Part shown: in pieces, positions 9,801 to 22,371 of the stretch
Position numbering within the stretch: the stretch's first letter is position 1
Layout of the letters: each line of letters starts with the position of its first letter
DNA from: Naegleria gruberi
Taxonomy: Eukaryota
Assembly (NCBI GenBank): GCA_000004985.1
Contig: GG738903.1
Direction: 5' to 3' (one strand)
DNA: 64,000 nucleotides
Position numbers and translations under genes: made by a program
The notes under the pieces: model-generated
What the model saw: the letters and a program-made list of their open reading frames with translations, nothing else
The model's database searches: none
What the model was told of the DNA's origin: nothing

Positions 9801-12671
9801 AAGACCGTGGTTAAGCTTTTCGTCAAGTATCTCCATGCTGTAACAACTGAAACAAACAGAGAATGCTCTGATGTTGAAGAAATTCCTGTAACAGAAGAGC
9901 AAAGAGATAATGAAACTAGATTAAGAATGTTAGACCTTTTGAAGGCTAATCTTGATGCTCCTGGAGAAAACTTGAGCCATTTATTATGTGGATTTGATGT
10001 TTCTAATGACGAACCAAGAGAAATCGACATTTTCAATGAAAAGACTTGTCTCACAGTAATTCTTAACTTGTTGAAATCTAAACAATTACCAATTACTCAT
10101 CCAAGATTTATTGAATCATGTTATGAACTTATTTACAAGTTGTGTGCTGATAGAAGAGTTAGTCAACAAACATTTGCTTGCCTTGAAAAGGCCAACTTTT
10201 TGATTGATAAGTTGAAGAATGCTAACTTCTCCACAAAGATTGAACCGTCACCTCTTGCCCATCATATTCTCAACCAAAGAGGTTTTGTTATTAGAATTGT
10301 TGCTCTCAAATTATACTCTAACACAAAGGCATTCAAGAAGGGTGATAGTAACAGAGGAGGTGTTCAAGAATTGGTACACATTCTTTTTGGTGGTGACTCA
10401 CTTTCTGATTTCAGTCGTTCTTACGATTTACTTGAGCAAAGAAGAGCCCTCATGCTCGAAATTTTGGACACTATCGACTTGAACTTGGCTCAAAATGCTC
10501 CTGCACAAGATTCAAAGGAGTGGAAACTTTTCTTGAAGAATTGGGCATCAACTTCTAACTCATTCGATGGATGGAAACAAGTAGTAGAAATTACTTTGTC
10601 CCAATGTTTTGGTATGATTCCGGATGATGGAATGAGACTGAGAATATTGCACGATATTATTAGTTCATTGCTTTTCAAACTTTTCCAAATGAAGAGAATT
10701 AACAAAGGTAAACAACAACAAAAATTGGAACTTTTGGTTTCTCAAGTAATTTTGAGAGTCATGTCCAAGTTAAGAGAGGAATTCATTACTAGTGGTGAAG
10801 TCATCATGCTTCCAGTTGATCAATGCCTCACAATTTTCAGAAATTTACTTGAATGCATTTTACTTTCTGAACAAAGTGAACAATCCATAAGAGGTAATCT
10901 TTACTCTACACTTATCAACTATTTGCAATACACCAAGAGAAACGAGCTTAACTATGGAAGTGATCAAATAATGAATCTTCAAAAGAATACTGAACACATT
11001 ATTGACAAGTATGACTTGAGAGTTTTCGCCCTTGTAGCTAAGGATGCATTGGATGCTAAGAACATTTGGAAGGCTGTTTCTTACTCCCTTTTGGAAACTT
11101 TCTTCACATACACCACTAACATTGCCCAAAGAGGTAAATGGATCACTTACTTTGAGTCAAGTGGATGTTTGAAACAAATTTTGGATAGTGTTATGACAGA
11201 AGCCAAACATTCCTTGCCTAAGGTGTTACAACCAACCCTTCACGATACTGATGCCTCTTCTTTAAACAGACTTTTCATTTATGAAAATGCTATGTCATTC
11301 CTTCTCAAGTTTACTGATGTTGATGTTAAGAGTGCTGAAATTATGATGAGCTTTGAAGTTATTACCAAGATTTGCTCGCATTTCACCTTTATCGATTTGA
11401 GACCTTCAATTGTTTCTCATCAATATGGCAGAAAGATGGATATGGAAGATGATATGGAAGCTGACTGGGAGCCTTCTATCACTGAAAAATATAATCAACT
11501 TGTTATTCCTGCAATTAAGCTCATTGTCGCCATTCAATCACATATGAGAATTAATAAGAAGGTTGCTGAACAAGTCTTGTCATTTGTTGAGCTACACAGA
11601 AAGTCAATTTCTGCAATTCTTAAGATGGAAAATATTCAAAAGAATTTGATTAATATTGATTCGGGTTCTTTGGAATTGGTTCGTTTGGTTACAGAGATGA
11701 TGTATCTTTTGTCTCTTCATCAAGACGTTATGTCTTCTAAATTACATACTAATAAGTATGAAAAGTTAATGTTGAACGCGTTGGTTAAACTGAATACTAT
11801 TCAACAATTGGGATCTACGAAGAAGACTATCAATATTCTTGATGCCAACATGGCTGATGAAAATGGTATCAGAACTGGAGAGCTGCAATTCGAGTATAGT
11901 TTGGAACAAAAGAGATGTTGTATTGACGAAATTTGTAAAACAATAATCAATTTCTGTAGAGTAGTATGTCAATACCCAGAATTCTTAACTAGTGGATCAA
12001 GTTTGGAACTGATAGGAAAAGTTCTATTTACCCATTTTATTTCTGGACCAAATTCAGCTTCAGGTAAACAAATGGCCTTGGATGAAGATATTATTCCAAA
12101 GCCATTCGAGCTTGACCAAAGACCATCTATTCATGTACTTGGTTTGTTGTTGCAAAATGGATACCATAGATTGAACAATGCTCTCGAGGAAAGATTTACT
12201 TGTGAATCCAACTTGCAACAATTGGATCAATTGAAGATTGAACAATTGAATAATATTGTTCGTTCAGCAAACACAATTTTAGGAGAAGAACATTTCTTAA
12301 GCTTCTTTGAAAAACAAGACAGTGTTCCAAATGAAGCCAAGTTGCTTTGCCGAACAATTCTTTCCAGAAAATTACTTAAACTTGATATCCACCTCAACAC
12401 TCACATCAGTTTGTTAGAAAATACTTTGATTGTTTTATTCAGACACATCAGTTTCTATGTACAAAATAGAGAATCTCCATTATCTGCTGAGCAAAGAACA
12501 CAACTCTTACAAGAAGCAACAACTGGAACACTCAACAAGTTGTTGGATGAAATTCTCCAAATGCAAATTCCAAAATCTTTACTTCAAAGATATTCCACAG
12601 TTGACAATATTTTCCATTTGACTATTGCTCAACGTCTTAAAAACCTAATTTTCCAAGTTAACATTGAATAA
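6889..12671 (+). CDS. Nup205/Nup192-like nucleoporin (approx join(6889..7068,7113..7286,7329..12671))
   Basis: ~1890 aa product; N-terminal exons (ESIELIWK..., LPDSLKELVLQVSDALNLNELVALSLIF) resemble Nup205 N-terminus as recalled from memory; two very short introns (44 and 42 nt) with GTATGT/GTAAGT donors; large all-helical-looking remainder. Family assignment from memory, moderate. Confidence 0.55.
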
Positions 12672-12805
12672 ATTATTGAATTGAAATCTTTATTATGAAA
12701 CTTGATGTTGGTTGGACAGATGAACTTGAACGTTGGTACTGTAATTGTATTACAGAAACACGAAAGGCCCATTTATTTTTTGGCTTTTCTCACACAGAAA
12801 AAACA

Positions 12806-15800
12806 ATGAAAAAGGTATTTGGTAGTTACCATTGCCAACTTTTAGTTTTGTTGGCTTTTTGCATGTGTTTTGTGCAATCAACAAATATTTATCAATCATC
12901 TTCATCAAATTCCTCTATTTATTATAATAATTTGGCCACCTATAGTGTTCAAACAATTATTGGATATCCGAGGCCATTGCAAAATTACTTTCCGAGTGGT
13001 TTGCCAGCCACTTACTATTGGGGATTATCAATACAGGCAATTGTATTGCCACGAAATGGTGATGGAAGTTTACATGGTGATGAAATTATTTACATCTCCT
13101 CCATGGAAATAATTTACAAATATTCAAAACAAGATGGACTATTGAGAAAGTTATCATTTAGTGGTGAGAAATGGTATGATATTTCATCATTCTTTGTTTT
13201 GAAAACTCAGGAAGGAGGAACTTTAATATATGTTACTTCCAATAGACTCGAGTCGACTGTTTATTCGGCAAGTGAAGAAAGTGGAACTGTTCAGAGGATT
13301 GCAGGTTCTTTGAGTTCATCGGGATATAATGGTACGTAATGGAGTAAATTGATTTTGTAATATGAGAATGTACATTGTAAAGGTGATGGAAAACCAGCTA
13401 TCGATTCCTTACTGAGCCAACCTCAATCTGTATTTGTTAAGGATGGTGAGGTTTATATTTGTGATACAAATAATCATCTGATTCGACGTATTGATAGGAA
13501 TGGAATTTTATGGAATGTTTTTCGTAAGTGTGTGTTAATTTTCAATTTATTTAAAACATTTAATATTTCTAAAAACAGAAAAAGGGTTTGTAAGGGAACC
13601 ACAACAACTAATTTTTGCAGGGAATGATATGGTAGTAAACACAGGCAATTTGATTCTTAGAATATTTCCCAATCAAACATATGAAACTCATTATGCTTTC
13701 TATTCATTTTCTAAAGCTGCTGTTTTTGAAAATGATATCTACTATATCAATTATGGTAGTATCCAGAAGGCAATTGGTTCATATTCCTCTGAGACTGTGT
13801 TAGTGTTTGAAAAATCTGCCAAAATTCCTAGAATTCTAACAATCAACAATGAGGGAAATTATTTAGTTTCAGTTGGAAACGTTTTAAAAGAATTTCAGAG
13901 ATATAATGATAGTATTGGAAGAGTTGTGATTGGAACATCGGATTCTAATCTTCAATACTATACATTACCAGCAAATATCTCAGATATTCAAAACGTTGAA
14001 TCGATGACACTTTGTGAAGAGGACAATTCCATTATTTTCACTCAACATTCGTCTTCTGTTATAAGACATTATGTTCCAAACAAACCATTCATGGATGTTG
14101 TTGGAATGAATGTGGATAAGATATCTTTTATTTCAAAGTATGGGAATGATATGTATGCAATTGTGAATAATAATATTTACTTGAGGAATAACCAAGGAAA
14201 TTTCACTCAATTATCAGGATTGCTATCACCAGTCAATGTACCTGATAATATTAAGGCAACATTATCAACCTTAAACAATCCTAGAGGAATATTTCTTAAA
14301 AACCAAAAACTGTACATTTCTGATTCGAATAATCATAGAATACGAGTAATTGATATACAAACTGGACTTATTTCTACATTGGCAGGAAATGGAATTGCAA
14401 ATTTTAGTGGTGATGGGCTAGCCGCAACAGAAGCATCCCTAAACTCTCCATCTGGTGTATTTGTTTCAGAGTTTGGAAAAATTTATATATCTGACTCTGG
14501 TAATCATAGAATTAGAGCTATTCTTCCAAATGGCATTATTTCAACTGTTGGAGGTAATGGTATTCCTGGATTTTCGGGTGATAATGGTTTGGCTACTAAT
14601 GCAAGTCTTAACAACCCCTATGGCATAGTTGAAACATATAGTGGTGACTTGATTATTTCTGATTCTGATAACAATAGAATTAGACTAATCGATAGATATG
14701 GAATTATCACAACTCTAGCTGGAACAGGAGAGAAAGGATTCCAGGATGGATTCTTTCTCGACGCGTTATTTAACAATCCATCTCAATTATTTTACTTCCA
14801 TTCCCGCTTGTACATTTCAGATACATATGGCCAAAGGATTCGTGAAGCAAATCTTGAATCAAAAACCGTAAAAACAATTATTGGAACAGGAGAGAAGGGA
14901 TACAATGGAGATAATTTCCCAACCACCACTCAGCTCAATAACCCTCTATCAATGTTTATTACATATAATAATATTATTTACATTGCAGATACTGACAACA
15001 AGAAAATAAGAATGTTGAATACGGGTATTGTATCAACACTAGAGCTTACTTTTGAATCTCCAAAGGGAATAACTGGAGATGATAAATTTCTCTATATCAC
15101 CGATGGGAATTTAGTTAAGAAAATTGATATTGCCAATGGTTATAGAGTTGAAATTATTGGAGGTGGAATTGGTGATGGTTGGTACTTGAAGTATGCAATT
15201 CTTAATGCTGAAAACCTTGCTTTTGATGATGAGAAGAATGTTTATTTTACAGATTCTTCTCATAATGTTGTAAGAAAGTTCAATACAATGAATGGAATAG
15301 TGAGTACAGTAGCAGGAAGGACTAGTACATTGGGATATGAAGGTAAGTTTCAATTACTACTAATATCTCATTAAAAAAACAACAGGTGATGGTGGATTGG
15401 CTGTTGGGGCTCTCTTAAATTTTCCAAAAGGTATTGCAGTTTCCAAGTCGAGTTTAGGATTCTTTCTCTATATTTGTGACTTTGAAAATCAACGCATTCG
15501 AAGAGTTAATTTGGAAACTGGAATAATAACAACAGTAGTAGGTACAGGTCAAAAAGGATATAGTGGTGATGGAGGGTTAGCAATTTATGCCAAGATTACT
15601 AATCCAACACATATAGCTGTCAACAAGGAAGGAGAAGTTTTCTTCTCAGATTACAATTATGTAAGGAAAATAACAAGAAATGGATATGTTTATAGAATAT
15701 CTGGTGCTCAAGGAGGAACTGATTTTAATGGAGATTCATATCCTGCTTTGGAAACAGGTTTCAGTATTACAAGTAAGTATTTTATCTCCGTTTTGAAATT

Positions 15801-17429
15801 CATATTTCAATTCAGAAACTTTAATGGTAGATAATACTGGAAGTATTGTTGTTTTCGATTATAACAATCAAATTATTAGAAAGTTAATTCCTCACTGTGA
15901 AACTGGCTATAGTTTGGAACCTGAAACTAATTCTACATGCATTCCAAATTGTTTTGGAATTTATGGAAAAACAATTAATGCTTGTTCTTCACATGGATTT
16001 TGTAAAAGTTTAGATCAATGTGAATGTTATTCTGGTTATTCTGGATCAAATTGCTCAGAATCAATATGCTTTGGTAAGACGGGATCTGGAGCATGTAATG
16101 GCAAAGGAATTTGTGTTTCACCAAATGTTTGTCAGTGCTTGGATGATTATTCAGGTATTGATTGTTCGATACCTAAAACAGTTTTAATTTTAGTTGGAAG
16201 TTTGATTGCTTGTGGCTTGGTTATTGTAATAGTTTTTGTAATTTCTGTTTCAATGGTCTTTGTCTATATTCAAAATCAAAGAAAGAAGAGAGCAATCCTC
16301 ATGACTGACAAATTATTAGACAAGAGATTGCTTATGGATGATTTTGCATCCTATAATTCTTCAATGGGGATCAGTAATAGTGAACTCAATGAAGCAGATT
16401 TTGTTATTCCACTGGAACAGTTGGATATGGATCATCCAATCAAGAGGATTGGTGAAGGTTCTTTTGGAAGAGTATTTTCTACAAAATGGGGAAACCAATT
16501 AGTTGCCGTTAAGGTTGTGGACATGAATGATTTTGACATGTCGGAGGAAACTTTCAAACAAGAATTTCAAATCTTGTCACGTTTAAGACATCCAAAAATT
16601 GTCTCCTTCTATGGCATTTCATTTTCTCCAACGAAGAGATATATTGTTATGGAGCTTTGTGAACACAGCTTGGAACATGTCATTAGTCAATTGCAGAATC
16701 AAGTTATTCAAATGGATTTACAGGAAAAGATTGATATTCTAATAGATATTATTGAGGGAGTGAATTATTTACATACCTTGACTCCAAAATGCCTTCATAG
16801 AGATTTGAAACCCCTCAATATTCTTGTGAGCTTTCAGAAAGAATACAAATTATGCGATTTTGGTGTTGGAAAGATTTTAAACTCAAAAACTGTCAATTCT
16901 TTGACCAACAATGGTAAGTTTCAATGAAATTGTTCTCAATATTTAATTATATTCACAAAACACAATAGTGGGGACGTGTTACTATATGGCTCCAGAAACT
17001 ACAGGATGTGAAAGTTTACAAGAATCTGAATCAGTTTGTGCTACTTCAATAGATATTTACAGTCTGGCCATTATTTTCTACCAATTATTATTTGAAGTGA
17101 AAGAGCCCTATATTTCATGTCATGATAGAGTTTTGAAAAAGTTGAAAATGAATGAACCACTACAATTGACTAACATGTACCATTTGCATAGATTAGTGAT
17201 TGAGAAAAACCTCAGACCTATCATTCCATTTTCTTCTGCAAAGGAATGTCAACAATGGTGTCAGGAATATCTATCACCAACAGATGCCAAATATCATAGC
17301 ATTTTCTATGAGATTTGTCAATTAACTAAACTATGTTGGGATAAACAACCAAAAACGAGACCAAGTGCAAAAACTATTTTAGAACGACTCCATGGTTGGA
17401 AGAAAGAAATTGAAACAAAGTATTACTAA
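12806..17429 (+). CDS. Receptor-like protein kinase: signal peptide, NHL repeats, tenascin-type EGF repeats, TM helix, protein kinase domain (about 6 exons)
   Basis: Exons approx 12806..13333, 13381..13529, 13620..15344, 15387..15774, 15811..16914, 16969..17429 with GTAAGT/GTACGT donors. Encodes the signal peptide MKKVFGSYHCQLLVLLAFCMCFVQS. NHL units repeated >10 times (e.g. SDSNNHRIRVIDIQTGLISTLAGNG). EGF-like CECYSGYSGSNCSESICFG..CQCLDDYSGIDCS. TM segment LILVGSLIACGLVIVIVFVISVSMVFVYI. Kinase motifs GEGSFGRV, VAVK, HRDLKPLNILV, DFGVGK, YMAPE. Confidence 0.8.
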
Positions 17430-17513
17430 GTATTTAGTTAATTAGTAATTTAATAAACTTCAGTTGAATTATTCAGTTGTTTCTTTCGAATAATTATTCT
17501 GAACTTGAGGATG

Positions 17514-18727
17514 AGGCAGTAGATACTTGTATAACTTTGCACTTTTCAAAAACTCTTTTGAATGCCAAATAGTTGGATTGATCTTTTCCATCTTCCAAAA
17601 TAGCAAACACAATACTCTTAAAACTATTTGGAAATTCCTGAGTTATTACTTCATAAAACAATTTAGCCATATGATTTTCTGAAATAAATTGAATTCAATA
17701 AAACAAATAATTAAATAATTAACTTACCTGGATTCTTGTATGCTCCACATCCAAAAGCACTCAACACAATACTCAAATGTCCATTATTAAGAGCTGCATA
17801 AAGAATTCCTCTAATTTTCTGTCTTGTTCCTTCCTCAAACTTGCTCGTCATCATGAGTTGATTTGTCTTTTTATCTAAAAAGGTATTTGGTCTAATGAAA
17901 GCACTTGCTGCAATGATTGAAATTTCCAATGGTTGATCCAAATATTCGAAAGCACTTCCTTCTCCGTGTCTTAATAATTGAACATTGGGTGAGTAAATGA
18001 TATCATAATCAGAAAGTGGATAGAACTGATCTGGGCCAATAACTGAAACTATTTGTTGATCAGGGGAAGGTTTCTTACAATTTGGATTAAACTTTTTGAA
18101 AATATCATTTGGATCTAATAGAGAATAAATGTAATTTGTTGATCTGAAGAGAGCTTCTTCTTGACTTTTCTGTCCAGTTTCAAAACCTCCACCAGCTCTC
18201 TTCTTACTTGCCATATTTAGCACAACTGGATTCATTCCATTTTTGTGTAATTTGAAAATAGTTTCAACACAATCTTCCTTAATTACTTCAATGGTAGTAG
18301 CAAATTGTTGATTAGTAGAGGTGGAATTGAAGACAATCTTCTCAATTTCATTAAATTGATATAACTTATTCTTTGCCAATTGTTGCTCATAAATTTCTTT
18401 ATCCAAGTTTCTAATAGAAACTTTCTCCTTCTTTGAATTATAATAAAACCCTCTCTGTAATGACAACATTGTATCCTTCATGACATAAATCCTCATTCCC
18501 TTCAATGCATCTGGATTATTCTCATTCAAATATCGTTGATGCCACTTTCTAAAAACAACCGAATTAAAAACTGGTGATTGTAACAATAATTTATCCGCAT
18601 TTTCTTGAATTTGATTATAGCTCTGATCAAGAGGATCCGATAAATCAATAGATTGTTGCTGATTTCCCTTTGGATTATTTGCTGATTTATCATCCGATGA
18701 TTTTCCTGGTTTCTTGTTTTTTACCAT
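17514..18727 (-). CDS. Microbial-type poly(ADP-ribose) glycohydrolase (DUF2263/TIGR02452 family); approx complement(join(17514..17678,17728..18727))
   Basis: PARG signature GGG-X7-QEE present (KKRAGGGFETGQKSQEEALFR); C-terminal SAFGCGAYKNPG then, after a 49-nt GTAAGT intron, ...IVFAILEDGKDQSNYLAFKRVF typical of this family; probable start MVKNKKPGKSS. Confidence 0.7.
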
Positions 18728-18991
18728 TTTTTTTTTATTTTTTTTTAAAGTTTTAATTTTTTCAAATTGGAAATTGAAATTTAGCCAAGTTTTAATTTTC
18801 AAATTCAAATTTAACTTCAAGGCAACTTCCTGGAGTAAAATCCAAATTTCACAGGAAAGAATAAACCCTATTATATTCATATTGCCATTTCGAATAATAT
18901 TAACTCCTAACATTTTACAATAAATTAATATGACCAATAATACGATAGAATCAAGTAGATCAATAATCTATTTAAACGAAAGTGAAATAAT

Positions 18992-21947
18992 TTATTCTCT
19001 CCTATATTTAATCAAATATTCAGGATAGCATTGATATCTATCATAGACAATAAATTCTCTATATGAAGAATTAGAACTATTCGATTGACCAATCACTGAA
19101 TCATACACTCTTCTGTTGGATCCATTAATCTCTGGTGGTCTTCTCTGATTTGTCATTCCCATAGGTGTATAATAGATCTGTCTTCCCAACACAACCCTAC
19201 ACAAAAACATGTAATACTCGCCATTAGTATCTGGAGTAGAATATTGATCTGATTTGGAACAATATTCAGCAAAGTATACTCCAGCTCCAAAGAGACCAGC
19301 TAAACTGGCAACTCTTTCATCAAATCCGTGCTCTGAAATGGTATTCACATATTCATGTTTGGTACCATGCCACAAATACTTTTCATTCATTGATGTGTTC
19401 AATCCAGTTGACTTGAGCCATTCAAAAGCAGGAGATTTCAATGTTGTGAAATTTTCAGTTTGGACTTGAATGGGATTGAGTGGATCTTGATAAGAAGAAA
19501 TGTGATTTTCTCGTATCTTGTAGGCACTGTAAAGGGAAGGATTTTCAATTCTGTAAACACTTGATATGACTAGTTTCGAATATTTCATTTTGTAGAGTTG
19601 ATCTCTTCCTGATCCAAGTGTTTTCGAGTTAGAAGAAACATTCATTATTTCTTGTATAATATCTTTCAATTGACTTGTTACATCAACAGTGTTGTATCTG
19701 TCTGCAAATCTATTAAAACTATTTCGTTTCCAATAACGAGGCAACCCAATATTCAATTGTTTCGACTTGTTTTCAATCATTTCCTTCTCCATCTTTTCAA
19801 GTTTCTTTTCCTTTCTCTTCAACCTTTCCACTTGTTTTGATAATTCCTCTCTTTCCTTTGAACTTTCTCTTGATAATTGTTTCTTCTTCTGTTCTAGTTC
19901 TTTAATTTTCTGCTCGAGCTCAGCATGTTCATTTGTCATGTTAAGTTTCAAATTATTCAATTGTTGCTCATATTCTTTCAATTGTTTTGACTGGTTTTCA
20001 ATGAATTTAACTTGATCTTGAAGTTTCCTTTCGTTCAATGGTTCAAATAAATCATTTTCTTCAATTTCATCAAAACTTGGATCTGAAAGCAGGTCTATTT
20101 TAAATCCTAATCCTTCAAGTTGAATGAATTTAGTTTTGAGCTCTCTCAATTGTTCGTAAATATTCCTCCATTCTTCTTGATATTTAGGAACCTGACTCTC
20201 CTTCTTTCTTAGTTTGTTTTCAAACTTTAAGATTTCCATTTCTGGCATATTTCCCTTCTTGGCGATTTCTAATGCACTTTTGATTCCTTCAATATCTAAG
20301 GTATTCATTTTACTTCTCAATGTTGTCTTTCTAATAAGTAAATTGGTCAATTGAGAGCTCAACTGAGGATAATTATTCATAACTTCAACTTGGCTTTGCA
20401 ACTCTTCAAACTTTTCAATGATAAATGGTATTCTATCTTGAATGAACATTTCACATGTAGAATATTGAATATAATAATCATGAAATAAATGAAAAATTGT
20501 AATCTGAATTTCTTTTGGAATTAAATTTTTAAAATTTGCAGAAATGTCATCCAAGTACTTTCTTTCCTGTTCTAAATTTTCCATAGCATTACCCAAGCTG
20601 GATGATAATTCAGTATTACTAATTCCAACAGAGGAAATTAAAGAAAAAGTAATGTTTTGTAATTGTTTTGTAACGAGCTCCAATCCTATTTTTGAATTTC
20701 GTTCAAAATTCGTTCCTGATACTATTTTACCCAAAGCATTTCCAATATAGTTTGGAATTTCTTCCGTATTTTTTACATAAACAGCTTCATTATTTTGTGA
20801 ATAAATTTCGTTTAAATAGTTTCCAATAAATTCTTTCAATTTTTCTAATTTTTCTTCCAATAATTGCATGTAACTATTGAGATTTATCAAGTAACTATCC
20901 AAATTAATTGCTTCTACCACCGATCCAATATAATATAGTAAACTATTAACATGCTCAATGTGTTCTCTAATTCCAATATCCAAAACTAAATTTGGTAAAT
21001 TTTCATTAATAAAATTGTGACATGTTGATATTTGTCCCTTCATAATAAAATATCCCTCTTGAATAGATTGATGAATGAATAGCTCTTTAGATTGAAAAAT
21101 TACTTTTTCAATCGTTTCTGATAATAGAGTTCTTTGTTTGGAAACTCTTTCATTTAAGGAACATAATTCCATAAATGATTGATTAGTAATTTCATGTTGT
21201 TGTTTTCTTTCTTTTCTTATTTTTTCATTTTCTAAACTTAAACTCTCGATCTTTCTTTCTTCTTTAATTATTCTTCTTTCTTCAGGAAGAATAACACCAT
21301 AATGAATAGCTTTCGAATAGTTTCTATTATTGGAAGTAGAAACTCTATTGCTCTTTTGAGTATTTTGAATTTCAATCTGATTATTCTTCATATCTTCCAT
21401 AATTTTACCAATAGGCTCTCCATTTACTTTCAAACGATAATCAATTTCTAAATCTTCCACTTTTAGTAATAACTTTACAATTTCCAGCTGATTTTTCTGG
21501 CAAGCAGAATGGAGGGGTGTCTAATTGACTTGATTTAATAAGAATTTACAATGAAAACTTACAAAAACAAGGTTCGGATCAGTTCCTGGCTACCATAATC
21601 CTCCAATTAATCCACAATTTTTTTTATCAAAACTTACCATCTATTAAACTATTTAATAATTTACAACATCAATATTAAACACTTACAAACTATTACAAAA
21701 TACTCAACAACCACAACACACCAACAAATCAACTTACGCCAATATTAACATTAATCCCATCACACTCCAATAACAATTTTACAATTTCAACATGTCCATT
21801 CCGACACGCAACAGATAACAAAGTTCTGTTATTTAAAATATCGTCCGAATATTTGTTAACTTGTTGAGGATTGAAGAAAGTTTTAAAATCAGAAACGTTG
21901 CCAATTTCTGCTGCTTTGAACGCTTTTTTGAAATCGTATCTGGACAT
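18992..21947 (-). CDS. Tankyrase-like poly(ADP-ribose) polymerase: N-terminal ankyrin repeats, long coiled-coil region, C-terminal PARP catalytic domain; approx complement(join(18992..21520,21738..21947))
   Basis: ANK repeats LLSVACRNGHVEIVKLLLECDGINVNIG / TPLHSACQKNQLEIVKLLL joined across a 217-nt intron; catalytic domain LWHGT..GFDERVASLAGLFGAGVYFAEYCSKSDQY..LCRVVLGR..YREFIVYD..CYPEYLIKY closely follows tankyrase catalytic-domain motifs (H, Y and E of H-Y-E triad all present); 5' end may extend (ORF open to 22013). Confidence 0.7.
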
Positions 21948-22371
21948 TTTTTTCTTGTGGGAATTGTGATGGGAATTGTGAAAATGATGATTGACATTTC
22001 GAATAACTGACAAGAAATCAAGTCAAAGGAACGAAATGTTTTGATTGTAGTTTATTAATCTAAAACCTATTCGGAACGAGTGTGGAGGATTGAGAAATGA
22101 TAAGGAATATTGGCATTAGATAAATGATATTTTACAAAACCTTAAGTTTGTTCCCTATTATCCTAAACTGTATTACAGCATTGATTATGTTGGAATTGGT
22201 GGCGATATCTGGACATCAATTCTGGTTTGTCACTTGTTTCCATCACCATAATAAGCACATTATGGTTTGCTAAATGTCTCTTGATGTGGTTTCGTATTTG
22301 CAAAAAACGAAATTTACAATGGACACAAGATAGGTTATTGGAAATATGAGTTTTTAGCCGACAATTAAGAG

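Noticed and set aside
7763-12245. Multiple short minus-strand ORFs inside the Nup205-like gene (7763..8014, 8678..8860, 9251..9508, 9695..10054, 10490..10705, 10860..11129, 11766..11972, 12060..12245)
   Set aside because: All are antisense to a continuous 5.3-kb coding exon; typical spurious ORFs in AT-rich sequence
12695-12805. ORF start MKLDVGWTDELERW... upstream of receptor kinase
   Set aside because: The signal peptide begins at the Met of MKKVFGSY (12806); upstream residues lack signal-peptide character and would bury it
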